Positions 50,549 through 60,711 are shown, counted from the first letter of the stretch. The stretch is DNA of 64,000 nucleotides from Candidatus Latescibacterota bacterium (GCA_965207885.1 OZ242311.1:1504001-1568000); one strand, 5' to 3'. Notes: generated by a model not told the origin, from the sequence alone. Numbers and translations are program-made.

Positions 50549-51220
50549 ATGCAGCCCCACCAGACGCGCAACCAGCACCGCCAGATAGGTTTGTCCCCAA
50601 ACAGCTTCCAAAACAGCCATATTTTTCGCCATCCGGCTTATAGGCATTATATCCCCATAGCCCAGAGTGGTCATTGTTATAAAAGAAAAATAAATTAGAT
50701 CTGAAAACGCACCCACGACATGATCCGAAAACAAAATCGCATCTGGATCAAATAATAACAGAGTTTGATAAAGAAATGCCCAAAACACGCCGCTTAAAAA
50801 ATAAATGGCTATTCCCCCTTGAATAGAATCTATAGTAACCGTCGTCTCTGAGAAAATCCGGTGCAAAAAGATGAGAAGGCATATCCCGTAAAACAGGGTA
50901 TAAGTACCCATTTTTCCCATCTCAAACACTCTGAATACTGCCCCAGAGAGATCAATATTGTGGATAAGTAAATGAAAGCCAAATCCCATAATTCCGGGCA
51001 CCAAACACAACGTCAATAACCATCTGGGAAGGCCTAAAGTCCAGAGCACTGTGGCCAGGAGCATTAAGAAGAGAAACCGTGCAAAATCCTGTCCTGCGCG
51101 GTCTAACAATGGCATTGCAAAAAAAAGAAAAACCACTGAAAGGGCGAGAATAGTGTATTTGTAGGTCGAAAAGTGCTCCCAGAATTTCAAATCTGGTCCT
51201 CTACTATTTGATCTCTCCAC
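50522..51220 (-). CDS. Potassium channel family (ion transport 2) protein
   Basis: YFSFITMTTLGYGDIMP selectivity filter. Confidence 0.85.
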   Translation of the reverse strand: MERSNSRGPDLKFWEHFSTYKYTILALSVVFLFFAMPLLDRAGQDFARFLFLMLLATVLWTLGLPRWLLTLCLVPGIMGFGFHLLIHNIDLSGAVFRVFEMGKMGTYTLFYGICLLIFLHRIFSETTVTIDSIQGGIAIYFLSGVFWAFLYQTLLLFDPDAILFSDHVVGAFSDLIYFSFITMTTLGYGDIMPISRMAKNMAVLEAVWGQTYLAVLVARLVGLHLSGSGRFD

Positions 51221-51266
51221 GCCGGTCCTCCATTACTCCTCTCTCCATCCCCACCACGCTCCCCAA

Positions 51267-52559
51267 TCACCTCTTCACGCGCCTGTACCAATTTTGCAAC
51301 ACATCGTACAAATGCGCCTGTTTCTCAGCATTTTTGGGATCACCCAACAGATTATTCATCTCATAGGGATCATTCTCCAAATCGAACAGATGTGTTGCCT
51401 CAAAACTCTCTTTCTGCACCACCAGCTTAAATGCGCCTTCGCGCACCATACACCAGGGCTGCATTTCTGAAAACACAGGTCGGTCTAAAGTTTGCGAAGG
51501 ATCGCTCACCACAGGCGCGAAACTATCGCCCTCTACCGAAGGCTCGGGAGGTTGCCCCGCATAATCTACACACGTCGCAAAAAAATCCACACCAGACACC
51601 AGATCATCCACCACCGCACCTGAAGCACCTCCCGGTGCGCGAACAATCAGGGGAATGCGACTCGACTCCTCCCAAGCCTTGCCCTTATTCGTCTCTCCGT
51701 GGCTGCCCTGCAAATCCCCGTGATCCGACGTGAACATCACCACCGTATTATCCCGTAACCCGATGCGATCCAGCGCATCCATCATCCGCCCCACATTTGC
51801 ATCCAACTGCGTCACCATCGCGTAATACGCGCGCAGATATTCATCGAGATCATTGCCATAGCGTTGATAAATCGGGTCGTTCTCCTGCGGTTTGGGACTC
51901 GGCGGGCTATGCGTTCTCGTATAGGGATCAACCTCCACACAATTTGGACGTCGCGCAAGAGTCACGCCCCGATACATCTCGTCGTATTCGTATCCCGGTT
52001 GCTCGGGATAATGCGGATTCTGATAGGACACAAACAGCGCAAAGGGTGCGTTTTCCGCCATCTTCTCCATGCGCTCAATCGCAATATCACTCGTCACATC
52101 CGTTCTGTGATCATCATACCAATGCTCATCGCCCGCTTCATCGTAAAATTTCACACTGTGCAAAAAATCGTTATAACACTGATACCCGATAAACTCCGTA
52201 AAATCCGCCCGCAACTCGGGTGGGATCCACACATTACCCGTTGCGCCCAAATGCCACTTGCCCACCCAACCGGTTCGATACCCCGCGTCATTCAGCGCGC
52301 CTGCCAGTGTACGCGTCCCCTCGGGAATATACCGCCCATTGCGCAACGTATCTGTCTGCGACCCGTATTGTCCCGAAATCAGCGTCGCGCGAAACGGCGT
52401 ACAAACCGGTGCATTGGAATAACAATTGCGAAACAAAACCCCTTCACGCGCCAGCTTGTCCAGATTTGGCGTATGAATATCCTCAGTACCCATACACCCC
52501 ATCGCGAAAGCGTGCATCTGATCGGCAAAAAGAAAAAGAATATTCGGTCTATCGCTCAT
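51267..52559 (-). CDS. Sulfatase
   Basis: PNILFLFADQ, CTPFR, GKWHL, TSDHG. Confidence 0.92.
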   Translation of the reverse strand: MSDRPNILFLFADQMHAFAMGCMGTEDIHTPNLDKLAREGVLFRNCYSNAPVCTPFRATLISGQYGSQTDTLRNGRYIPEGTRTLAGALNDAGYRTGWVGKWHLGATGNVWIPPELRADFTEFIGYQCYNDFLHSVKFYDEAGDEHWYDDHRTDVTSDIAIERMEKMAENAPFALFVSYQNPHYPEQPGYEYDEMYRGVTLARRPNCVEVDPYTRTHSPPSPKPQENDPIYQRYGNDLDEYLRAYYAMVTQLDANVGRMMDALDRIGLRDNTVVMFTSDHGDLQGSHGETNKGKAWEESSRIPLIVRAPGGASGAVVDDLVSGVDFFATCVDYAGQPPEPSVEGDSFAPVVSDPSQTLDRPVFSEMQPWCMVREGAFKLVVQKESFEATHLFDLENDPYEMNNLLGDPKNAEKQAHLYDVLQNWYRRVKR

Positions 52560-52574
52560 CTATTGCTCCTTTGT

Positions 52575-52652
52575 ACGAATCAACGAATCTACGAATTGAA
52601 GCTCGTAACGACTTTGGGTGGTGGAGCGGGGTTCGTCTATTCGTCTATTCGT
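52575..52652. repeat. Inverted octamer repeat element (ACGAATnn x3 ... nTTCGTCT x3)
   Basis: ACGAAT at 52575/52583/52591; GTTCGT or ATTCGT at 52631/52639/52647. Confidence 0.65.
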
Positions 52653-52663
52653 GCTTTTATTTT

Positions 52664-53674
52664 TTAAAATCTCGACCCTTCAAATTCCCCAAACGGCGAC
52701 GAAACCCCGACACTATCGCCCACTTTCTCCAGCAGATCGCGGTGCTCATCAGTCATGGCAATACCGATCTCGCGGTGCTCTCTTTCCCATTGCCATTCCA
52801 TACCGCCAGCCAACTCGGCGCGATCGTGTCCCGGCAGGGGTTTTGTGGCACGCGCCTCGCCGACATAGCGATCCATCTCCCGCTTAAACATCTCCACATC
52901 GGCAAATCGCCTCACGTCAAACACCGCAATAAACGCACCTTGATGCGGCGCTGCACCTTTGCCTTCACCTGTAAACTCATATCCTTCATTCCAGATACCC
53001 GCCAAAATCCCCCCCATCGCCTGTAGCACAGCCGCCAGCCCCAATCCCTTGAAAACCGCCGCGGGAAACCTCTCGAATGATTCTTCACTATATGGGATAA
53101 AGTGCGCTGCCATATCCATAACCAGAGGGGGTTGTTCGCCAGCGGGCACGGCAATACTAATCGGCGATCCACCTGACGCACTCATAACCGTCGCATCTGG
53201 ACGCGGGCGATAGCGATGAGAAGACAGAGCCATCCCGATACAATCGCTGGCAAGAACCATACGGGAATAATTGCCCGCTGCCCCAAAGTGGAAGTGATTG
53301 CGCGTCGTCACCGTACTCACCCCCACCTTTAACGCCTTTTCAATCGCCATCTCCGTTCCCCGATGCGATGGGAAATATCCCAACCCGCCATCCCCATCCA
53401 GTATAGCAGTCGCCTCTGACTCGGACACCACCGTCACATTGGGCTGTGGATTGGTATGCCCATTCTTCATTTCGGATATATAACTGTGCACCTGACGCGT
53501 ACCGTGGCTGAACACACAGCGCAAATCATTTGCCGTCAACGTAACCGCCATGTGCTGCGCGTGTTCTTCAGACGTACCCACAGCGAGAAAAAGCTCACGA
53601 ACATAAGCTTCCATCACCTCGCCTGGCACGCGAATCCCGTGATCTGGATGTGAATTGAACAATCGCGATGGCAT
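52664..53674 (-). CDS. Ldh_2 family (type 2 malate/L-lactate/sulfolactate) oxidoreductase
   Basis: DLRCVFSHG, LDGDGGLG, HFHFGAAG, MDMA, KGLGL. Confidence 0.85.
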   Translation of the reverse strand: MPSRLFNSHPDHGIRVPGEVMEAYVRELFLAVGTSEEHAQHMAVTLTANDLRCVFSHGTRQVHSYISEMKNGHTNPQPNVTVVSESEATAILDGDGGLGYFPSHRGTEMAIEKALKVGVSTVTTRNHFHFGAAGNYSRMVLASDCIGMALSSHRYRPRPDATVMSASGGSPISIAVPAGEQPPLVMDMAAHFIPYSEESFERFPAAVFKGLGLAAVLQAMGGILAGIWNEGYEFTGEGKGAAPHQGAFIAVFDVRRFADVEMFKREMDRYVGEARATKPLPGHDRAELAGGMEWQWEREHREIGIAMTDEHRDLLEKVGDSVGVSSPFGEFEGSRF

Positions 53675-53686
53675 AAATCCTCCTTC

Positions 53687-55162
53687 TCACGCATGCCATT
53701 GAATCTGGGGCATATCGGATTTTGGTGGTGGAGGCCAGTGCTGTCCGCGCTGGCTGGTCAGCCCCCGGTTGGGACCGGGGTGATACGGCTGGTCTGGCAG
53801 GCCCACCAACTGTCCATTCTCGACCCATGTTTCATCCTCGCCGTAAAGTTCGCCAATCAAGAGCGCGGTTAACCGCGCCAGAATCTCGGCGTGTTGCGGA
53901 TCGGAAGACAAATCCACGAGTTCCTGGGGATCGTCTTTCAGATCAAAAAGCTGCCGACAATTTCCCACAGAATAGTAGATCAACTTGTAGCGGCCATCGC
54001 AAATCATCCGCGTCGAATGGGCATCTTCGCCAACCTCGCCGTAAAACCAATCCCGCTCTTGCTCGCCAACCATCGACATTCCCTCCACAGTATCGGGAAT
54101 ATCTATCCCCGCCAGATCCAGCAACGTGGGCATCACATCTTGCCACCCCACCAGGCGATCATCCACGCGATTGAACCCGACCCGCTCATCGCCAGCAGTA
54201 CCGAGCAAAATCATCGGAATATTGGCCGACCCCTCGTAGAAAAGCCGCTTCGCCAGCATATTGTGATTGCCCAACATATCACCGTGATCCGACGTAAAAC
54301 AAATAACCGTATTGTCGAGCAAGCCCTCCTCCCTCAGCGTGCCGATCAGCACGCGCAGGCTGTGGTCAATATGAGTACACAGGGCATAAAAGGCACGCCG
54401 CGCCATCTCAATTTGAACCGCACTGTGTTTGTCTCCTCGCGCAGTCATCGATTGAAGACTATAGGGAAGATTTCCAGACTGAACCCAATCGCCCATAAAC
54501 GGCGTATCCATCTCCACATCCCGATAAAAATCCAGATACTTCTGCAACGGCACAATCGGCGGATGTGGATGCCGATAGGAAATAAACCAGAACGAAGGGC
54601 GCGTGGGATCTCGCCTTTTAATAAATCGCGCCATATTTTGAGTCGCCCAATTTGTCGCATGGGTTTCGTCGGGCAAATGCCAGGGTATCGCACTATACTC
54701 GTTATTGCTCATGCCGTGATTAAAATGCTGGCCCGCATAGCCCTGATCGCCTAAAAAAAGCTCGTAATCGTCGAGAACTCCGTACTGCGTGCGCCCCTCC
54801 TCGTCTAAAATCACATCGTCAAACCCAATGCGATCCCGCTGCGGAAACACATGCAACTTACCCACGGCATACGCCTGATAACCCGCATTGCGAAATGTCT
54901 GCGCCATCGTTGGCATATCGGGCATTTCGAGCGTCTCCTTAAACACCCGATCCCCGTGTGTTCGCGGCGTGGTGCCCGTCATCAATGTGCGTCGCGCCGG
55001 AATGCACACCGGGCATTCGGCATAACAATTGGTAAAACGCACGCCACTTCGCGCCAATTCATCCAGCGTTGGCGTCTGAATAACAGGATGGCCAGCACAT
55101 CCCAAAAGATGCGCTGGCCAGTGGTCTGTCGAAATCAACAAGACGTTCGGTTGTGCAGACAT
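53687..55162 (-). CDS. Sulfatase
   Basis: PNVLLISTDH, CIPAR, GKLH, HPHPP, TSDHGDMLG; start MSAQ after GAGG. Confidence 0.9.
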   Translation of the reverse strand: MSAQPNVLLISTDHWPAHLLGCAGHPVIQTPTLDELARSGVRFTNCYAECPVCIPARRTLMTGTTPRTHGDRVFKETLEMPDMPTMAQTFRNAGYQAYAVGKLHVFPQRDRIGFDDVILDEEGRTQYGVLDDYELFLGDQGYAGQHFNHGMSNNEYSAIPWHLPDETHATNWATQNMARFIKRRDPTRPSFWFISYRHPHPPIVPLQKYLDFYRDVEMDTPFMGDWVQSGNLPYSLQSMTARGDKHSAVQIEMARRAFYALCTHIDHSLRVLIGTLREEGLLDNTVICFTSDHGDMLGNHNMLAKRLFYEGSANIPMILLGTAGDERVGFNRVDDRLVGWQDVMPTLLDLAGIDIPDTVEGMSMVGEQERDWFYGEVGEDAHSTRMICDGRYKLIYYSVGNCRQLFDLKDDPQELVDLSSDPQHAEILARLTALLIGELYGEDETWVENGQLVGLPDQPYHPGPNRGLTSQRGQHWPPPPKSDMPQIQWHA

Positions 55163-55306
55163 AAAATTCCTCGCGTTTCGGTTGGCAGTTATCAACCTCT
55201 CTGACGAGCCGTGATACAGAGACTTGACACCGTGCAAAAGGTTCACTAAGTTCGATTGTTAGCTATTAGTTGTCTTTCAAAAAGCTGCGTTTTGTGGGAG
55301 ATTGCC

Positions 55307-56446
55307 ATGGCGACAATTGTTGATGGCAAAAAAAGGATTCCATTTTTGCGGGGCATGCTGGCGCACTACTTAATTGAGCATGGATTCGCATTCCAAGAGG
55401 CATACAAATTCGCAGATGGCATCCGTCGGTCACTTCAAAAAGCGAAAGACATCAAAGCCGAAGATATGGCCGACCTGGTTCGTAAACAGGTGCAACGCGA
55501 ATTTGGTGATCGGATAATTGGCGATGCCATCTTTTGGGAACCCACATCGCGACAAATTTTTATCGAAGAAGGCGAAGATAGAACACTATTTTCTCTGGAG
55601 CGGCTTGCCGATTCGCTCGAAGCCATTGGGCTGGATCACGACCTCACACACCAGATTGCCTCAGAGGTTGAGCAACAACTTTCGAGATCACAAGGCACGG
55701 TAATTAAGCGATCACAGATTTTTAAAATCACACTGAAAAGCTTAAAAGACGGCTATGGGTCTCAGTATGCCGGGCGCTATGAGGCCTGGTATCGATTTCG
55801 CAGGGACCAACAGCACAAACCACTCATTATTCTCATCAGCGGCGCAACTGGGGTGGGCAAAACATCCGTGGGAGTGGCATTGGCCAACCAGCTAAAAATT
55901 TCGCGCGTCGCATCCACCGATGCCATTCGACAGATTATGCGGTTGATGATCGCACCCGAACTGATGCCCGCGTTGCACGCCTCCTCATTTTCTGCCTGGC
56001 AACATACAGGTGCAGAATTAGGTGGTGAGCATCCACCAGTAGTGCAGGCATTTCGCGAACAAGCTGTTCGCGTTGGTGTTGGCGTGAGAGCAATGATAGA
56101 GCGCGCCATTGAAGAGCATGTCAACCTGATAATTGACGGGGTACATCTCCTGCCCGATTTGATCGATTTGAGCACCTATAAAGATCAGGCAACATTTATC
56201 TGGATGACCCTGTACTTAGATGACAAAAAGCAATATGCCGAGCGTTTTGAATTTCGCAGTGAAGAAGCAACGCAAAGAACGTCACACCACTATGTAGAAA
56301 ATCTCGATGCCATTTTGGAAATTCAAAAACATATCTTAGAAGTAGGCGAAGCACATCGCATCATAACTGTTGAGAATGTAAATTTTGACGAAACCGTGCA
56401 ATCGCTCTCTGCGCACATTATGGATGTGTTGCGCAAACGCTACTGA
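55307..56446 (+). CDS. ATP-cone-containing 2-phosphoglycerate kinase-like P-loop kinase
   Basis: Two ATP-cone-like repeats (PFLRGML, FSLERLADSL), PLIILISGATGVGKT, STDAIRQIMR, LHASSF, IIDGVHL. Confidence 0.75.
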   Translation: MATIVDGKKRIPFLRGMLAHYLIEHGFAFQEAYKFADGIRRSLQKAKDIKAEDMADLVRKQVQREFGDRIIGDAIFWEPTSRQIFIEEGEDRTLFSLERLADSLEAIGLDHDLTHQIASEVEQQLSRSQGTVIKRSQIFKITLKSLKDGYGSQYAGRYEAWYRFRRDQQHKPLIILISGATGVGKTSVGVALANQLKISRVASTDAIRQIMRLMIAPELMPALHASSFSAWQHTGAELGGEHPPVVQAFREQAVRVGVGVRAMIERAIEEHVNLIIDGVHLLPDLIDLSTYKDQATFIWMTLYLDDKKQYAERFEFRSEEATQRTSHHYVENLDAILEIQKHILEVGEAHRIITVENVNFDETVQSLSAHIMDVLRKRY

Positions 56447-56454
56447 TTGCCCAC

Positions 56455-56760
56455 TCATTTTCTAATAATTACGGCGTATTGAAGCGGGCCATCGCCGATA
56501 TTTTTTATTCCGTGCAAAATACTGCATTCCAGGTGCATGGCTTCACCCGTGTTGACCGAGTGTGCTTGATCTCCGTAAAGAACTTCGCCATTCCCCTTGA
56601 TCACATAGAAAATCTCCCACCCATCGTGTCGGTGTGGCGGGTGGGCGCGCTGACCTGGACCAACTTCTGAAACATGCAAGTGCAAACGATCGGCATCTGT
56701 GCCTTCGGTAAAAAGAAAACGAGAAATGCCCTTGATATCGGTGCGGGTTTCGACAGACAT
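56455..56760 (-). CDS. Cupin domain protein
   Basis: HPPHRHDGWEIFYV...HGIKN. Confidence 0.85.
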   Translation of the reverse strand: MSVETRTDIKGISRFLFTEGTDADRLHLHVSEVGPGQRAHPPHRHDGWEIFYVIKGNGEVLYGDQAHSVNTGEAMHLECSILHGIKNIGDGPLQYAVIIRK

Positions 56761-56777
56761 AGCTGAACTCCTGAAAA

Positions 56778-57029
56778 TTAATGGGGATGGTCGTCGCAGT
56801 CGGGGCGGTTGGGGTCGTCGGTAAAAGTGCCCGTATCGAGATACTCAAGCGCCTTGGTATAACTACGGCGCTCGAGAAAATGTCTGAGTTGTGCTGGCGT
56901 ATCGCGATCAAGGCTGCGCTGAATATCGTCGAGTTTGAGCAAATGCTCGGCGATATTTTCTTTTTTTTCAATAGCCTCAAACATCTCGATGAGCGTGGAT
57001 CGAATTTCAGCGGCCTGGCTTACTGTCAT
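56778..57029 (-). CDS. Small hypothetical protein
   Basis: GGAGG RBS before MTVSQ; helical, LRHFLERRSYTKALEYL. Confidence 0.6.
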   Translation of the reverse strand: MTVSQAAEIRSTLIEMFEAIEKKENIAEHLLKLDDIQRSLDRDTPAQLRHFLERRSYTKALEYLDTGTFTDDPNRPDCDDHPH

Positions 57030-57081
57030 GAGGGCCTCCAAAAATAAATATAGAACTTAAAATAGAAGTGTCAAATTATGC

Positions 57082-57137
57082 AAAAAACGCCCGTCGGGAT
57101 CAACGGCTACCGCAGTTGTACACCAATCGACGGGCGT
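57082..57137 (-). terminator. Terminator-like hairpin with extended loop after speD
   Basis: Minus strand ACGCCCGTCG-31nt-CGACGGGCGT followed by T-run. Confidence 0.55.
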
Positions 57138-57172
57138 CTTACTATTTTAATCTCACAAGTTACGGATCACCA

Positions 57173-57568
57173 TCAGCCCCCAAAATTGCGGCTGGAGCCA
57201 GTCTTTGCAGGCGATGCATCGCCTTGCCCACGCCTGAATTGTCGTACTTCGATCCGTGTAGATTGAAGTGCGCGTTTTAAGTGAGTCAAAGCACGCCGCG
57301 GTTTGGTCTGCGTGCCACATGTAAACAGGTCAATAGCTGCAAAACCCTGCTCTGGCCAGGTGTGGATGGTCAGATGGCTCTCCTGAATGACCACAACACC
57401 CGATACCCCAAAAGGCGAAAAGTGATGAAACATGCTATTGATCACCGTGGCACCTGCGCGTTGGGCGGCTTCAATCATAACCGTTTCAAGCCCAGTGACA
57501 TCATTGAGCAGATCGGCGGGGCAACCGTACAGATCGACGAGCAGATGTTTGCTCAGTGCATGGGACAT
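57173..57568 (-). CDS. speD: S-adenosylmethionine decarboxylase proenzyme
   Basis: HLLVDLYGC, FHHFSPFGVSG, ESHLTIHTWPE (pyruvoyl cleavage site), DLFTCG. Confidence 0.9.
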   Translation of the reverse strand: MSHALSKHLLVDLYGCPADLLNDVTGLETVMIEAAQRAGATVINSMFHHFSPFGVSGVVVIQESHLTIHTWPEQGFAAIDLFTCGTQTKPRRALTHLKRALQSTRIEVRQFRRGQGDASPAKTGSSRNFGG

Positions 57569-57576
57569 AGGCTCAT

Positions 57577-58347
57577 TCAGGATAGGATTTTTTCGACATA
57601 TTTACGTGCAGCAGCGCAGGCCTGGACGGGTTCACCCCAGGTGACTTTTTCCAGTTCAATGACAAGTTCGCCCTCATAACCCGCGCCCTTGAGAATACCG
57701 ATAACATCTACAAAAGGCAAATCGCCCTCGCCAAAAGGCACGGGAGTTTCACCCTTCTGATCTCTAAGGTGAACAAGACCAATGCGATCGGCAAAAGCTT
57801 CCGCAAAAGCCCGCACATCGACACCTGCCGACAGCAGATGCCCTGTATCCATCAGCACTTTGGCGCGATCGGGAATCTCGGGCAAAATACCCTGATAATC
57901 TTCGATATTCTCGAACAAATTCCCCTTGTGATTGCCTATGTTGAGGGTAAAGTTAGAGATGCGATCGAGCACGTGATTAATACCCGTAATAAAATCCTCG
58001 CGTGCTTCGTTTGTGCGATCACCGCCTTTGAGATTGGCACACTGTAGCCGCAGAGCGCGAGAAAGATGGATATCCCATTCGACCTGACGCATATTGTATC
58101 TCAGATCGCGTTCGTCCTTGCTGGAATCGCGTCCCGTGATATTGCGAATATTGAGGCCCGTGAGCGTAACGCCTGCATTGTCCAGACGCTCGCGCACCAT
58201 ACGCACCGATGTATCCGCGTGAACCGGCGAACTCTCGGAAAACGTGCGAAAAAGTTCAATGCGATTAAAACCCGCTTCTGTAGCAACGTTCAGCGCATCG
58301 GGCAAAAGTAAATCGGGACAAACGGTCGTGCTAAAAGTAAGTTGCAT
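57577..58347 (-). CDS. Sugar phosphate isomerase/epimerase (xylose-isomerase-like TIM barrel)
   Basis: DTGH, VHLRD, PFGEG, VIELE. Confidence 0.82.
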   Translation of the reverse strand: MQLTFSTTVCPDLLLPDALNVATEAGFNRIELFRTFSESSPVHADTSVRMVRERLDNAGVTLTGLNIRNITGRDSSKDERDLRYNMRQVEWDIHLSRALRLQCANLKGGDRTNEAREDFITGINHVLDRISNFTLNIGNHKGNLFENIEDYQGILPEIPDRAKVLMDTGHLLSAGVDVRAFAEAFADRIGLVHLRDQKGETPVPFGEGDLPFVDVIGILKGAGYEGELVIELEKVTWGEPVQACAAARKYVEKILS

Positions 58348-58403
58348 AAGATTTCTCTTTAAAAAGTTGTAGCCAGTGGTCAGTCCACTCATCCCCTCAC
58401 ATC

Positions 58404-58778
58404 TCACCTTAGATAAAGCACAACATCATCACCCTCGGCCTCCACGCGATAGGTACGCACGCGCAAATCGTCATCCGTAATGGACTTACCGGTCTTCAAC
58501 TCAAACTCCCAGTTGTGCCACGGGCACTTGATAATTTCGTTTTCGCGTTCGTGGCCGATATCGGTAAAGCGCCCACCGCCCACCTCTTCGCCCTCCCAAA
58601 CGACCAGTGGACGCACGCGGCCCTTGCAGATCGGACCCAGGCGGTGGGGACAGATATTGCGCAGAGCATAGAGATTGCCATCCACATTGAGAACACCAAT
58701 TTCCCGGTTATTAATCGTCACAATTTTGCGCTCGCCAGGGGGCAAATCCGCTATTTTCGCTACCCTGTGTTTCGACAT
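58404..58778 (-). CDS. Rieske [2Fe-2S] ferredoxin
   Basis: CPH...CPWH. Confidence 0.9.
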   Translation of the reverse strand: MSKHRVAKIADLPPGERKIVTINNREIGVLNVDGNLYALRNICPHRLGPICKGRVRPLVVWEGEEVGGGRFTDIGHERENEIIKCPWHNWEFELKTGKSITDDDLRVRTYRVEAEGDDVVLYLR

Positions 58779-59890
58779 CAGAAAAGCCCAAATATTTCGC
58801 TGGCATTCTCGCCCATAATACGCTTTTTCAGATCGCGGTCAATATTGCGAAGGACATGACCGGGTTCATCCCAGTCCCAATGTGGATAGTCACTGGCAAA
58901 AACAAGGGTATCTTCGGCGTGCATCCAGCGCAAATACGTCTCCAGATCTTCCTTTCCTCCCGGTATATCGGGCATAGGTTGCGTGCCCAGGCGAATATGC
59001 TCGCGGATATATTCGCTGGGCAGGCGTTTGACCCACGGCGTATAATCGCGCAGCGCGCGCCAATCGAGATCGAGGTGCCACATAAGACCCGGCAGCCAGA
59101 AAGTATCCATCTCGACAAATATAAAGTGGAAATTCTGGAATTTCTCAAACACGCCTTCCACAACGAGACTGGTGACATGAGCCTGTGCAATTTGAGGCCG
59201 CGCCATCCGCATCTCGAGATAATAGGTGGGATAGCCAGCAGCAGTGGGCGGTGCTGCAAGACCTGCGCCTTCAGCACCGAAATGAACCGAAACGGGCAAC
59301 CCGTGTCTCTCACAGGCCTCGTAAATGGGATGATAGTGGCGGTTGCCAAAAGGCATGCGAGCGCCCGCGGGCATCATAACCTGCACAAAATCCGGATCGG
59401 GACCCAGACGGTCAATTTCCTTGACCGCGAGTTGCGGATCTACAGGACAAATATGGATTGAAGCCCGAAACCGCGGATCGGCACTGATCCAGTGGTCTTT
59501 TGTCCAATCGTTAAACGCACTGCAATAAGCCGATGCGTAATCCGGGTTGTTGTGAACAGCTGCTGCATAAGGCCCACCCGTGAGAACCGCGTAATCTATA
59601 TCATACACATCGAGATGCTTCTCAATACAAACCTGTGGCTGATGGGCGGGATTTTCCTTTGGATCTTCCCACAGATCTTTTCGCGCACCGCCTCCCGGCA
59701 TATTGGTATATCCGAGTCTCGGCATCATCGTACCAAAATCTTTGATATACTCGACAAAGTGGCGCGGCATATACGGATAGAGCGCGTCACCCTTGTCCGG
59801 AGAATGATGTACATCGCAATCTACAATCGTCATTTTTGTAAGCGCATTAGCCCTGCCATTGGCACGCGGGGCAGTTGTAGTAGCAGACAT
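58778..59890 (-). CDS. Amidohydrolase-fold metalloenzyme (possible dinuclear oxygenase)
   Basis: DCDVHH, VSVH, ASDYPHWDWD; translationally coupled to Rieske gene. Confidence 0.82.
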   Translation of the reverse strand: MSATTTAPRANGRANALTKMTIVDCDVHHSPDKGDALYPYMPRHFVEYIKDFGTMMPRLGYTNMPGGGARKDLWEDPKENPAHQPQVCIEKHLDVYDIDYAVLTGGPYAAAVHNNPDYASAYCSAFNDWTKDHWISADPRFRASIHICPVDPQLAVKEIDRLGPDPDFVQVMMPAGARMPFGNRHYHPIYEACERHGLPVSVHFGAEGAGLAAPPTAAGYPTYYLEMRMARPQIAQAHVTSLVVEGVFEKFQNFHFIFVEMDTFWLPGLMWHLDLDWRALRDYTPWVKRLPSEYIREHIRLGTQPMPDIPGGKEDLETYLRWMHAEDTLVFASDYPHWDWDEPGHVLRNIDRDLKKRIMGENASEIFGLF

Positions 59891-59945
59891 CGCAACCTCC
59901 TATGTGATGGTCAGGAGAATAGATTACTTCCTTTTCAATGTCAAG

Positions 59946-60692
59946 TCAAACGATATCAAACGTACGAGCCACCACCCAATCGGGTCGGGGATTATCCACC
60001 GCACGGGGCTTATTGGATATGGCATTGTACGCGATGATAAATGTCTTGCGTGGCAATGGCGACATATTGTGACCAGAGCCATGCACAATATTGCAATCAA
60101 AAAACAGCACATCGCCCGGCTTTCCCGTAATATGCTCAATATCTTCCTCGCAGATTTTTTCTTTCAGAGTATCTGTATCAATGCACCACTGCTTATAGCT
60201 CGTCGTAACCGTGTCTGCATAGTGCTCCTGGCGCCCCCATTTATGAGACCCCGATACCACCATCAAACAGCCATTGTTGAGCGTGGCCCGATCCAGAAAA
60301 ACCATAGCGGATACGAGACGCGGATCAACTCCATCCCACATCCAGTAGCCATAGTCCTGATGCCACAGCCAGACCGTGCCTTCAAAAGCATCCTTGACAT
60401 TGAGTTTCGAGTGCCAGACATACACATCGTCTTTGAGAACTTGCCGAACGGGATGCAGGATTTCCGGATGACTGATAAGCTCCTGAAAAGCGTCAACACT
60501 CCGATGGGCGAGATAAACCTGACGCACAGCCCCACCGCGTTCGCGTTCCCGATGCAACCCATCGTTCTCCCCACTGAGCAAAAGCGGAACATCGCCATTG
60601 AGTGCATCGACCTCATCGGATGAAAGCAGACCGGGCATAAAAAGATAACCCTGTTCATCGTATTGTGCGAGTTGTTCGTCTGTCCATTTCAT
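59946..60692 (-). CDS. Phytanoyl-CoA dioxygenase/EctD-like Fe(II)/2-oxoglutarate oxygenase
   Basis: WHQD...HGS...R facial triad pattern. Confidence 0.88.
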   Translation of the reverse strand: MKWTDEQLAQYDEQGYLFMPGLLSSDEVDALNGDVPLLLSGENDGLHRERERGGAVRQVYLAHRSVDAFQELISHPEILHPVRQVLKDDVYVWHSKLNVKDAFEGTVWLWHQDYGYWMWDGVDPRLVSAMVFLDRATLNNGCLMVVSGSHKWGRQEHYADTVTTSYKQWCIDTDTLKEKICEEDIEHITGKPGDVLFFDCNIVHGSGHNMSPLPRKTFIIAYNAISNKPRAVDNPRPDWVVARTFDIV

Positions 60693-60711
60693 GGGTAACT
60701 CCCAAGTATTG

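Noticed and set aside
52575-52652. Possible CRISPR-like repeats
   Set aside because: Units are 8 bp with no spacers and no cas genes; no CRISPR array anywhere in the window.
59946-60692. ectD assignment
   Set aside because: EctD signature (FxWHSDFETWH) differs (WLWHQDYGYW) and no ectABC present.
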